DNA of 32,000 bases from Candidatus Saccharimonadota bacterium (GTDB lineage Bacteria; Patescibacteriota; Saccharimonadia; Saccharimonadales; Saccharimonadaceae). This document shows, in pieces, positions 6,969-14,528 of the stretch. Location: NCBI GenBank assembly GCA_049296095.1, contig JBAQRV010000001.1, positions 60,001-92,000 of the forward strand, read 5' to 3'. The position numbers were made by a program, and so were the translations under genes. Under the pieces are notes generated by a model. The model was not told the origin of the DNA and searched no databases. It saw only the letters and a program-made list of their open reading frames with translations. How positions within the stretch are numbered: the first letter of the stretch is position 1; each line of letters starts with the position of its first letter.

Positions 6969-7622
6969 ATGAAAAAGCTACAAGTTATTACGTTATTTCC
7001 CGAAATGTTTGAAGGAGTCTTGAACTCCTCAATGATGTGGAAGGCGCAGAAAGAGAAAGCCGTCGAATTTACGATGATTAATCTGCGCGACTTTGGGGTT
7101 GGCCCTCGGCAGCAGGTTGACGATACACCGTATGGTGGTGGTGACGGGATGCTTTTAAAGCCCGAACCTCTGTTCGCGGCGGTACAAAAGGCAAAAGAGA
7201 ACGATCCGACCGCCAAAGTTGTCCTTATGACGCCACGAGGACAGCGCTGGAAGCAGTCTCTGGCCCAGGCCTGGTCTGAGACCAACTACGGCTATATCTT
7301 TATCTGTGGGCGTTATGAAGGCTATGATGAGCGGATTGTCAGCCTCGTCGATGAACAGGTGAGTGTAGGAGATTACGTCCTGACTGGCGGAGAGTTACCT
7401 GCAATGACTATTATGGATTCAATCGTTCGATTATTGCCAGGAGTACTAGGTGGCGCGCAGAGCGCTGAGATCGAGAGTTTTTCTGATGGAGAAACCTTGG
7501 AATTTCCTCAATATACAAAGCCAGCCGAGTTTAACGGTATGAAGGTCCCCGATGTCTTATTGAGCGGAAATCATGCATTAATCGCCAAGTGGCGGGCAGA
7601 GAACTCTTTAAAAGCTGAATAA
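6969..7622 (+). CDS. trmD: tRNA (guanine37-N1)-methyltransferase
   Basis: 217 aa with typical TrmD blocks: ITLFPEMF, DDTPYGGGDGM, ICGRYEGYDERI, SVGDYVLTGGELPAM and LLSGNHA.I..WR. Confidence 0.95.
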   Translation: MKKLQVITLFPEMFEGVLNSSMMWKAQKEKAVEFTMINLRDFGVGPRQQVDDTPYGGGDGMLLKPEPLFAAVQKAKENDPTAKVVLMTPRGQRWKQSLAQAWSETNYGYIFICGRYEGYDERIVSLVDEQVSVGDYVLTGGELPAMTIMDSIVRLLPGVLGGAQSAEIESFSDGETLEFPQYTKPAEFNGMKVPDVLLSGNHALIAKWRAENSLKAE

Positions 7623-7626
7623 AAAA

Positions 7627-7660
7627 CACCCGCGGTGTGGTGCACGCGGGGTCCTTTTTT
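7627..7660 (+). terminator. rho-independent terminator of trmD
   Basis: CCCGCG (7629-7634) pairs with CGCGGG (7645-7650), followed by TTTTTT (7655-7660). Confidence 0.6.
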
Positions 7661-7829
7661 GTTGTGGTGGATATCGTAGAGCGATGCGTCACACATATTT
7701 TTTGGAGTTATGTTTGTTTTTGTAACTTTCGCTTGTTGTTACTTTAGATGAGCGGTCCAAAAAGCGCAAGCATAATGGTACAAAAAACAACAATTTGCTT
7801 CCGTGAGGGGAGCGTCCTATACTCAAAGC

Positions 7830-8306
7830 ATGAGTATATTAGCTAGCCCAACACCCGCGCCAAAACCACGATCAAAAGACGTGCCCCGGATCGCCTTTTT
7901 ATACGCGCTGATTATCCTCGCGATGGCGGTGACGCAGCTGTTTACTTTTGATACTTTTCTCGAGCTGATTGCAAGTTTTGGCTTGCCTTTTGGTGAGCAG
8001 TTTACTTATTTCACGGGCGCCTTGATCGTGATTACTGAGGTTTTTTCATTACCATTCTTGCTCAGGATGCCATTGAGTAGGGCGTTTCGTTGGGTCAGTA
8101 TGGTCTGTAGTTGGATTGTTTCGTTGATCTGGGTAAAGCTAGCGATGTGGGTTGTTATTACCGAACAGCCAGTCGATAATGTGGGCTTTCTAGGTACCTT
8201 AGTCGGATTGATTCCTGGCTGGTGGGCGATCTTTGTGGCCATCTCTTTGGCGATTCTGGCTGGATGGGCAAGTTGGGGCATGTGGCCTGGAAAACGAAAA
8301 AAATAG
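7830..8306 (+). CDS. hypothetical four-TM membrane protein (weakly DoxX/MauE-like)
   Basis: ORF-track entry 7803..8306. I prefer ATG 7830 because TATACT (7818-7823) sits 6 nt upstream, a leaderless geometry. There are four hydrophobic spans and the family call is weak. Confidence 0.65.
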   Translation: MSILASPTPAPKPRSKDVPRIAFLYALIILAMAVTQLFTFDTFLELIASFGLPFGEQFTYFTGALIVITEVFSLPFLLRMPLSRAFRWVSMVCSWIVSLIWVKLAMWVVITEQPVDNVGFLGTLVGLIPGWWAIFVAISLAILAGWASWGMWPGKRKK

Positions 8307-8362
8307 TTGTCGAATAGGGGCAAGGACGGTATGATGATACTAATTAACAAGGAGTTACTATA

Positions 8363-8899
8363 ATGGATTTTATCAATAAATTAGAGACAATGATCGGCGG
8401 TTGGCTCAAGAATGTCCCTCATCTCCCAGCTGCGGGGCAGAAATGGCTGGCGACAAATGTTTGGTGGATCGTCCTCATTGGTGCGATCTTAACAGGTATT
8501 GGCCTTCTTTTTGCAATCGGCGGCCTGTTCACTTTGATTGCTCTACTCGGTGCTGTTAGTAGTGTCTACTACGTACCTGGGGCAGGTATTACCGCTTGGT
8601 CTATCATTGCAGCGGTTATTGGTCTAGTATTTACAGTTATCCAAGGTATTCTTCTCGCTATTGCAGTCCAGCCATTAAAGGCGATGCAGAAAAAAGGATG
8701 GGTTATCTTGTTTGCGAGTTGGCTACTGGGTATTTTATCAGTCGTCATCAGTGCAATCGTGAGCGGTAGTATCTTTGGATTCATCTCGGGTATTCTGTTC
8801 GGCGCGATCGGTGTCGCGATCAGCGGCTACTTCCTCTACGAGATTCACGGACAGTTTGCACACGTAAAGACTGTTAAAGCAAAAGCTAAAAAAGCCTAG
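8363..8899 (+). CDS. hypothetical multi-TM membrane protein
   Basis: 178 aa with 4-5 Gly/Ala/Ile-rich TM spans, an AAGGAG SD upstream and a basic tail KTVKAKAKKA. Confidence 0.7.
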   Translation: MDFINKLETMIGGWLKNVPHLPAAGQKWLATNVWWIVLIGAILTGIGLLFAIGGLFTLIALLGAVSSVYYVPGAGITAWSIIAAVIGLVFTVIQGILLAIAVQPLKAMQKKGWVILFASWLLGILSVVISAIVSGSIFGFISGILFGAIGVAISGYFLYEIHGQFAHVKTVKAKAKKA

Positions 8900-8912
8900 C
8901 TCGCGTCACCCC

Positions 8913-8941
8913 TTGAGCGATTACCCCAGTTAGTGTACAAT
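8913..8941 (+). promoter_or_regulatory. candidate promoter of tRNA-Gln
   Basis: TTGAGC (8913-8918), 17-nt spacer, TACAAT (8936-8941), about 17 nt before the mature tRNA 5-prime end. Confidence 0.5.
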
Positions 8942-8957
8942 TTCTAGGTGCCTATAC

Positions 8958-9032
8958 TGGGGATTCGCCAAGTGGTAAGGCATCGGCTTTTGGTGCCGAC
9001 ATTCGGGGGTTCGAATCCCTCATCCCCAGCCA
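8958..9032 (+). tRNA. tRNA-Gln (anticodon UUG), CCA encoded
   Basis: Hand-folded cloverleaf. Acceptor TGGGGAT/ATCCCCA has the U1-A72 pair typical of bacterial tRNA-Gln. D arm is GCC-AAGTGGTAA-GGC. Anticodon stem TCGGC/GCCGA carries loop TTTTGGT. T arm is GGGGG-TTCGAAT-CCCTC. The 3-prime end is GCCA. Confidence 0.95.
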
Positions 9033-9039
9033 AGATTAT

Positions 9040-9065
9040 AAATGAGACCTACAAAGGTCTCATTT
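9040..9065 (+). terminator. hairpin after tRNA-Gln (possible terminator)
   Basis: AAATGAGACC (9040-9049), loop TACAAA, GGTCTCATTT (9056-9065). The U-tail is weak. Confidence 0.5.
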
Positions 9066-9096
9066 GCTTATCTAGTATTTTCTGAGTGATACAATG

Positions 9097-9125
9097 TTGA
9101 CATAATATATATTTTATGCTAAAAT
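9097..9125 (+). promoter_or_regulatory. consensus-like sigma70 promoter in front of the 9155 ORF
   Basis: TTGACA (9097-9102), 17-nt AT-rich spacer, TAAAAT (9120-9125). Confidence 0.65.
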
Positions 9126-9154
9126 AAATTATAACCTTGTCCCACTAGTGAAAG

Positions 9155-9517
9155 GTGCACCTTATAGTGCAACTTAGTCAAGAAACTATCAATACCTTCA
9201 TAGGCGGCCAGATCGAGATCATCAACACGCGGGAGGAATATCACTACCGCGGGGAAATCCAGAGGATATGGCTCGACCATGAAGAGTTGGCGATCGAGTT
9301 CCGCTGGTTCGCCCAGAGGAATTCGCAAGGCGAATGGTCTATCGCTCCACCGACTCTCTATCGTGCAAGTCGAATGATCTACGCGATGCAAGAGATCAGT
9401 GAAGGGAGGGTCTTCCTCAAAGCCAACAATTATGGCTTCACAGAGTTGGCGACCCTCTTCCCAAAGGGTGGTAGCCGGCTGGATCCGGCTAAGGTACGAG
9501 GTCTAAACCTCGTATGA
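9155..9517 (+). CDS. hypothetical protein (~116-120 aa)
   Basis: ORF-track entry with a GTG start at 9155. A second GTG at 9167 has an AAAGGTG SD 9 nt upstream and may be the true start. I recognise no motif. Confidence 0.55.
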   Translation: MHLIVQLSQETINTFIGGQIEIINTREEYHYRGEIQRIWLDHEELAIEFRWFAQRNSQGEWSIAPPTLYRASRMIYAMQEISEGRVFLKANNYGFTELATLFPKGGSRLDPAKVRGLNLV

Positions 9518-9565
9518 CACCCTCTCTGAAGATGTAGCTTAACGGAAGCTCCTCGCGAGAGGGTG
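9518..9565 (+). terminator. stem-loop after the 9155 ORF (possible terminator)
   Basis: CACCCTCTC (9518-9526) pairs with GAGAGGGTG (9557-9565) around a 30-nt interior, followed by T-rich CTTTCTATTGCGCTTTTT. Confidence 0.45.
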
Positions 9566-9626
9566 CTTTCTATTGCGCTTTTTGGTGTGCTATACTCAAA
9601 CTAGAAATTACTTAAAATAAAAAAAC

Positions 9627-10724
9627 ATGACTCTTAACATTGAAAATATAGATCAGCTCCAAGATTTATCACAAGAGCTAAAGGTAAAACAAACTACCGA
9701 GGCAAGAATGGCGTCTCTTGCGGCGCGCAGACTTTTAAACGAAGATGATGAGCAAGCCATTGCCGATTCATTATGGTACCCTGAATATAAAAAGGGTGCA
9801 GAGATAGCATATACCTATGACTGCATGATTGGCACAGATTCATTTGAGTGGAGAGCCGGCTATTGGAATCAAAGAGAGAGCGAGTGGGATATAAAGCCTC
9901 ATTTTAACTTATCGTTAGAGACTAAGCCGGACGAGAAACAGTACAGTACTGATTTACGCGGTGTAGTTAAATCCATATCAAGCAAGCGTTTCACCGAGAA
10001 AACGCGACAAAGTATCGAATCATCCGCACCGATGTCGTTACAGGTGATAGGTCTCCACAACGGAATGGAAATTATTAATCCCTATGATCTTCAAAAATGG
10101 ATGAAAGACGCCGGGGTATTAGACCAAGACGACAGTATCTTGCCTATTAAGATGCTCGTTAAACCACCGCGTAAACCAGAATCTGTCGCTGAATCAGATT
10201 TTCCTGCCAGAAAAGACGATGAACTCAGTTATATCGTCGATACCCTTATTATTGAACCAGCAGTGTCGAGCGCAGAGGCAGGCATCCTTAACTATCCCGA
10301 CAAAGGCGAACCAAGAGGTGTTATTAAGGAATGGGAAGAGTCTGATGCAATTGGTGTCGATGCAGAGAGAATGCGTCACCTCATCGAGATTCGTGATTCA
10401 TGGCAAGATGCTCAAATAGTTGAAACCGAGTCGCTTGTCGGTGATAAGACCAGATATGTTGCATTAATACTTCCCGAATCTGAAGTTAATGTGTATGGAT
10501 TTGCCAAAGAATGGGCAATTGCCGAGAATCCTCTTGAAGGTAATGCACTATTTATCGTTGACCCACATAAGCTCGAGGACGGTATCGATTGGCGTGATGT
10601 ACTGCTAGATACTTCAAAGAAAGCCGCTCAGAGTATGGGGGCTATTAAAAAAGTTCATACTCCCGATGGCAAATGGAAAGAAAGAGTATTGGATATTATT
10701 ACAGCCCCGGCGAATACGCCCTAG
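9627..10724 (+). CDS. hypothetical acidic cytoplasmic protein, 365 aa (ORFan to my eye)
   Basis: Long ORF with no TM or signal sequence. It looks AT-richer than its neighbours. An extended -10 TGcTATACT (9588-9596) lies upstream, then a 30-nt A-rich leader with no SD. Confidence 0.7.
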   Translation: MTLNIENIDQLQDLSQELKVKQTTEARMASLAARRLLNEDDEQAIADSLWYPEYKKGAEIAYTYDCMIGTDSFEWRAGYWNQRESEWDIKPHFNLSLETKPDEKQYSTDLRGVVKSISSKRFTEKTRQSIESSAPMSLQVIGLHNGMEIINPYDLQKWMKDAGVLDQDDSILPIKMLVKPPRKPESVAESDFPARKDDELSYIVDTLIIEPAVSSAEAGILNYPDKGEPRGVIKEWEESDAIGVDAERMRHLIEIRDSWQDAQIVETESLVGDKTRYVALILPESEVNVYGFAKEWAIAENPLEGNALFIVDPHKLEDGIDWRDVLLDTSKKAAQSMGAIKKVHTPDGKWKERVLDIITAPANTP

Positions 10725-10829
10725 GTTATATATCGATATCACAACACGCGAAATGCTTATTTGCTATTATGGGGTCATGAAGGTCCACAAATGCCTATGA
10801 GTAGGATGAATAGACTAGAATAAAACTAT

Positions 10830-11153
10830 ATGAAGAGTGGCCTCATTGTCGTGAGAAAAGTGCTAGTCGGACTCGGGGGCGGGCTGATTATTCTTATTGG
10901 CGCTGTGTTGATTCCTACTCCAGCTCCTGAAGGCTGGCTGATTGTATTTGCGGGAATAGCGCTACTCAGTACTGAGTTTAGCTTTGCCAAGCGATTATTA
11001 AAAAAATCAGAACGGCTACGTCTGAGGATGGATCGGTGGCTTAAAACGTTGCCAGGTCCGTTGCGGGTTGGATTGAATGTATTTGTAATTCTGGTCCTGT
11101 TTGTAGCTGTGTTGTTGAGTATCTGGTTGGTAGTGCAAGGCGCAGAGAAATAA
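10830..11153 (+). CDS. PGPGW-family small transmembrane protein
   Basis: GGGLIILIGAVLIPTPAPEGWLIVFAGIALLSTEFSFAKRLL matches the PGPGW-domain pattern (LP(G/A)PGW...LA.EF.WA.R). There is a second TM pair at the C-terminus. Confidence 0.75.
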   Translation: MKSGLIVVRKVLVGLGGGLIILIGAVLIPTPAPEGWLIVFAGIALLSTEFSFAKRLLKKSERLRLRMDRWLKTLPGPLRVGLNVFVILVLFVAVLLSIWLVVQGAEK

Positions 11154-11209
11154 CTAACCACCCGATACGCGCGCTTTGTTTGGCGGTATGATTTTGATAG
11201 TATAGTGAC

Positions 11210-11518
11210 ATGACAAAAGAAAAAACAAACAAAAGAGTAAAACGCAATGAATACGGTATTAGACTTATAGGACTACTTGCCCTAACGGTGATTGCAGCTG
11301 GCGTGATGTTTTATCACTATATAGAGAAGCTTAGTTGGCTCGATGCGATTTACTTCTCGGTTATGACCATAACCACAGTTGGGTATGGTGATATCTACCC
11401 TAGCACTGATATCGGGAAGCTATTTACAATGGCCTACGTGTTAGTAGGGCTGTCACTAATCGCGGTCTTTGCCAACCTACTTATCAAGGGAGCGATCGAG
11501 CGCCACATTATCAAGTAA
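11210..11518 (+). CDS. miniature two-TM potassium channel (KcsA-type pore only, 102 aa)
   Basis: Selectivity filter TTVGYGD preceded by pore helix SWLDAIYFSVMTI. It is flanked by TM1 (IRLIGLLALTVIAAGVMFYHYI) and TM2 (LFTMAYVLVGLSLIAVFANLLI). There is no RCK or ligand-binding domain. Confidence 0.85.
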   Translation: MTKEKTNKRVKRNEYGIRLIGLLALTVIAAGVMFYHYIEKLSWLDAIYFSVMTITTVGYGDIYPSTDIGKLFTMAYVLVGLSLIAVFANLLIKGAIERHIIK

Positions 11519-11523
11519 GGGTA

Positions 11524-11979
11524 TTAGTTCTTTGGCAAAGTGATCTTTATTGTCCCTTCGCCGCTCTGATCGTCACCGGAGCCGGTCGCTTCGATGGTGG
11601 CGCCTTCGATGGTCTTGGTAAATTCAGAGATGCTATTGTCGATAGAATCGAGTGTCGATTCGTATGAGACTGCCCAAATGACCGTTCCAAGAATCTGGAG
11701 CAATAAGAATATTCCAACACCGATGAATACGAGGCGAGTATCTGATTCGGTACGCTCGAGACGCGTGCCACTTTTTGTTTTTGCATTACCAAGCGCGATC
11801 CAAATAAGATCGATCAACCACCAGAGACCAAAACCTCCGAAAGTGATGAGCTTGAGGATACCTAATCCAACGTACCCCATGTAGAATCGGTCGACACCAA
11901 GGAAGCCGAGGAAGAGGCTAAAGTAGGTTGCGGTGACGTATGCTGTGTTGTTTTGTTTGCTGACTGTTTTTGTGGCCAT
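11524..11979 (-). CDS. TM2 domain-containing membrane protein
   Basis: YFSLFLGFLGVDRFYMGYVGLGILKLITFGGFGLWWLIDLIWI is the TM2-domain signature (G.hG.hRFY.G....G.hKh.T.G..GhW.hhDhh). An AAGGAG SD lies upstream. Confidence 0.85.
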   Translation of the reverse strand: MATKTVSKQNNTAYVTATYFSLFLGFLGVDRFYMGYVGLGILKLITFGGFGLWWLIDLIWIALGNAKTKSGTRLERTESDTRLVFIGVGIFLLLQILGTVIWAVSYESTLDSIDNSISEFTKTIEGATIEATGSGDDQSGEGTIKITLPKN

Positions 11980-12021
11980 AATGATCTCCTTATTGCTGGC
12001 TTTAATGTAACATGTAGCCTT

Positions 12022-12279
12022 CTATTTTCTTAATAGAAGGTAGGCAATGATACCCAAGGGAATGAGTGGTATGAGATGTGAAAATCCGCTCATGTCATTA
12101 GCGGCTACCTCTCCGACAGTGAAGACGAGTGAAAATATCGTGAAAGCGCCAATAAGCGCTACGAATATGTATTTTATGATACGAATGGAGAGATGTTTTC
12201 TCGATTGCTCTCGAATCTGGCGGTCAAAAACAATTAAAAGGGTAATCGCAATAATAGTGGATATAAGAAAAGTGATCAT
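12022..12279 (-). CDS. hypothetical three-TM small membrane protein, 85 aa
   Basis: Strong GGAAGGAGG SD upstream of ATG 12279. It is co-oriented with and directly upstream of the TM2 gene. Confidence 0.7.
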   Translation of the reverse strand: MITFLISTIIAITLLIVFDRQIREQSRKHLSIRIIKYIFVALIGAFTIFSLVFTVGEVAANDMSGFSHLIPLIPLGIIAYLLLRK

Positions 12280-12432
12280 AACGCCTCCTTCCTGTCCGAA
12301 GACATCCGTTTATACCAGCAGTATACTACTATGTGGCTGGGGCGTACAGTGACCACGATCACGGAAAAAATAGACTTCGAATAATGCACAAATAGCTCTA
12401 TACTATAGATACTTAGCATAAGCGGAATTAAT

Positions 12433-13317
12433 ATGAGCAAATCATCGCAATCTGGCTTTCATCTTTGGATCATTCTCGTGGCCGTGGCGGCCATAGGGGT
12501 CATTGGACTGCTGGGTTGGGTGTTTATCACCAATAGTAATAAAACTACTTCTGAAGTGCAGTGGGCATTTGATGAGCAAAAGATCGCTTGGTATACAAAG
12601 ACGGGCACGGCTCCTGATTGCAAAGATCCGTTCGTCTTTGATCAATCACCCATCGAACCTTCCTTACTTACTGCCGTACTGATGCCGGGATCGTATCGAG
12701 GATTCAGTTATAAGCCTCATGGGGGATTCGGGGTACCGAACGAGACATTAGGCAAGGTTGAGGTAAGAATGCCGATGGATGCGACATTGGTCGGATTAAC
12801 ACGTTACTACGAAGGCGATCCGGCGGATTTACAGTATCTCCTGACGTTTGAAAACGACTGTGGCATCGCATTTCGATTCGATCATATCTACAAGTTATCG
12901 CCAGAGCTTGAGGCGCTGGCAGAAAAGACACCTGAGCCGAAAGTAAATGATACAAGGACGTCGCCTGAAGATAATCCCCCACGCACCAAATTTACCTCAG
13001 GGCAAGTGATAGCAACGCAAGTCGGCCTTCCATCGATGGGTATTTATGGATTCGATTTTGGTGTCTATGACTATCGAAAACAAAATGACATATCAAAGAA
13101 CCCAACTTGGGCAAATATACATAATAAGTTCCAGTCACTCGATTGGTATGGGGTATGTTGGTATGATATGTTGCCAGACGCTGATCCTGACAGGTTGCGT
13201 GCGCTATCTCTTGAACAGACTGATACTCGTCAGGTGGTAAAGAAGGTGAGCGATTATTGCTCTCACGCTCCTTATACAACACTCGATGTTAATAATGGAC
13301 AGCCAACGGACGGGTAA
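12433..13317 (+). CDS. hypothetical N-terminally anchored/secreted protein, 294 aa (weak LytM/M23-like pattern with substituted metal ligands)
   Basis: N-terminal TM/signal anchor LWIILVAVAAIGVIGLLGWVFI. The pattern KPHGGFG...VRMPMDATLVGL...IAFRFDHIYKL...FTSGQVIATQVG...GFDFGVY loosely follows M23 block order, but the HxxxD and HxH positions are not conserved. Confidence 0.7.
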   Translation: MSKSSQSGFHLWIILVAVAAIGVIGLLGWVFITNSNKTTSEVQWAFDEQKIAWYTKTGTAPDCKDPFVFDQSPIEPSLLTAVLMPGSYRGFSYKPHGGFGVPNETLGKVEVRMPMDATLVGLTRYYEGDPADLQYLLTFENDCGIAFRFDHIYKLSPELEALAEKTPEPKVNDTRTSPEDNPPRTKFTSGQVIATQVGLPSMGIYGFDFGVYDYRKQNDISKNPTWANIHNKFQSLDWYGVCWYDMLPDADPDRLRALSLEQTDTRQVVKKVSDYCSHAPYTTLDVNNGQPTDG

Positions 13318-14275
13318 AAGCTAACTCGGCAATGGTCGCGATCATTTCATCGTACTCAACACCTTCGCTTAACTTGTGGGCTTTTGGAAATGAGCCATAG
13401 TCTTCAATCAGACTAGGAATGAGATTGGCCTCGAGGAAGTGTGGTTCACCGGCGGCGTTGAGACGAATATCGATACGGCCGTAGTCGCGGGCACCGAGGG
13501 CACGAAAGACGCTGAGCGCAAATGCACTGAGGGCTGCTTTTTCCAAAGGGTTTATAACAGCGATTGCAGATTCTTGGTTCTGAGATTTTACTTTACTACT
13601 GAGCATACGTTCGCCATTCGTATCTTCGGGTGCAATCAGCTCGAGCGGCATGGCGATGAGATCATCAGAACCTTTTTTTCGTATAATAGCAACGCTAAAC
13701 TCGCGACCTTCGAGGTAATGCTCGATCATAATATCGACATCATTCTTGCTATGGAGTGACAAGATCTTGTCGCGCAGCTGATGAATGGTGCGGACAACCG
13801 AATATTCATCGACGCCTTGGCCGCCACCGCCGCGAAGTGGTTTGAGGAAAAGAGGAAATTCTAGTTCATCAACCTGGTCAGTGTATTTTTGCCCGCGGTA
13901 GAGAATACTAAATGGTGCGGTTGCGATACCATCATCGAGCATTTTTTGTTTGGCGAGATCTTTGTTGAGTTCGAGGCGGTGGGATTTTTGAGTTGAGCCA
14001 GTGTGGAGGATTGAGGCAGCTTCGAGCCGTTCACTCATCCAGATTTTCTTTGAGGTATCGTCAGGGTCACCCACGTACATCATGCCTAAAAAGACAAGAT
14101 CAGGCTTGCGATCAATCAGCTGTTGGAGATCTGAGGCTGTATCGACCATCGTTAAGATTACGTCGGTATATTGTTTCGATAATGATGCAACAATTGCCGT
14201 AGCGGATGCCACACTCATCGAACTGAGACCAGCAATAGTAGACCGAACAACTTCGATATGTTTAGAAATTTTCAT
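13289..14275 (-). CDS. ATP-grasp ligase of the D-alanine--D-alanine ligase family (divergent N-terminal domain)
   Basis: The central block PLFLKPLRGGGGQGV and C-terminal YGRIDIRLNAAGEPHFLEANLIPSL (Mg/ATP E-N motif) match Ddl-type ATP-grasp. The N-terminal GGxSxEHEVS motif is replaced by AGLSSMSVASA. Confidence 0.8.
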   Translation of the reverse strand: MKISKHIEVVRSTIAGLSSMSVASATAIVASLSKQYTDVILTMVDTASDLQQLIDRKPDLVFLGMMYVGDPDDTSKKIWMSERLEAASILHTGSTQKSHRLELNKDLAKQKMLDDGIATAPFSILYRGQKYTDQVDELEFPLFLKPLRGGGGQGVDEYSVVRTIHQLRDKILSLHSKNDVDIMIEHYLEGREFSVAIIRKKGSDDLIAMPLELIAPEDTNGERMLSSKVKSQNQESAIAVINPLEKAALSAFALSVFRALGARDYGRIDIRLNAAGEPHFLEANLIPSLIEDYGSFPKAHKLSEGVEYDEMIATIAELAFTRPLAVHY

Positions 14276-14340
14276 GAGCCACCTTTATTTTTAGAGTGAT
14301 GTGTCGAATAAAATTAAGAGAATTTTTGAAGACTGTATAT

Positions 14341-14369
14341 ATTATATCACAGAATATAGGGTTTCGCAA
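14341..14369 (-). promoter_or_regulatory. promoter of the Ddl-like gene
   Basis: Read on the minus strand: TTGCGA (14369-14364), 17-nt spacer, extended -10 TGaTATAAT (14349-14341). The SD AAAGGTGG precedes ATG 14275. Confidence 0.6.
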
Positions 14370-14384
14370 TTTACCTTAGGGCAA

Positions 14385-14412
14385 GAAAAAAGACTCGGGA
14401 GGAGTCTTTTTT
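14385..14412. terminator. rho-independent terminator (bidirectional form), used by the minus-strand microprotein gene
   Basis: GAAAAAAGACTC (14385-14396), loop GGGAG, GAGTCTTTTTT (14402-14412). On the minus strand it lies right after the stop codon and is followed by TTTTTTC. Confidence 0.8.
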
Positions 14413-14500
14413 AGTAGCCGCGCTTTAGTTTTAGGCTCTTTGCCTTCTTCTTTAGCATGCGCTTTCGGGTGGCGCCGTGCCAGTTCTTGTGTTTAGCCAT
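14411..14500 (-). CDS. hypothetical 29-aa highly basic microprotein (not in ORF track)
   Basis: Hand translation gives MAKHKNWHGATRKRMLKKKAKSLKLKRGY. It has its own extended -10 promoter and an immediate terminator. The SD is weak (GGAA). Confidence 0.45.
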   Translation of the reverse strand: MAKHKNWHGATRKRMLKKKAKSLKLKRGY

Positions 14501-14528
14501 CAGGTTCCGTTCTTTTAATACTCGGTCT

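Noticed and set aside
7803-7829. GTG 7803 as the start of the membrane protein (ORF-track start)
   Set aside because: There is no SD, and the -10-like TATACT would lie inside the coding region. ATG 7830 directly downstream of that -10 is more plausible, so the first 9 codons were dropped. This remains uncertain.
10826-11161. 111-aa minus-strand ORF mirroring the 10830..11153 plus ORF
   Set aside because: The plus-strand product has clean TM helices and the PGPGW-type motif. The minus-strand product is low-complexity Asn/Thr/Ser/Pro-rich with no start signals.
12370-12390. TTCGAAT match to the tRNA-Gln T-loop as a possible att repeat marking an island end
   Set aside because: Only 7 nt match, which is expected by chance. 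I could find no longer repeat of the tRNA 3-prime end by eye and there is no integrase, so I do not claim an integrated element.
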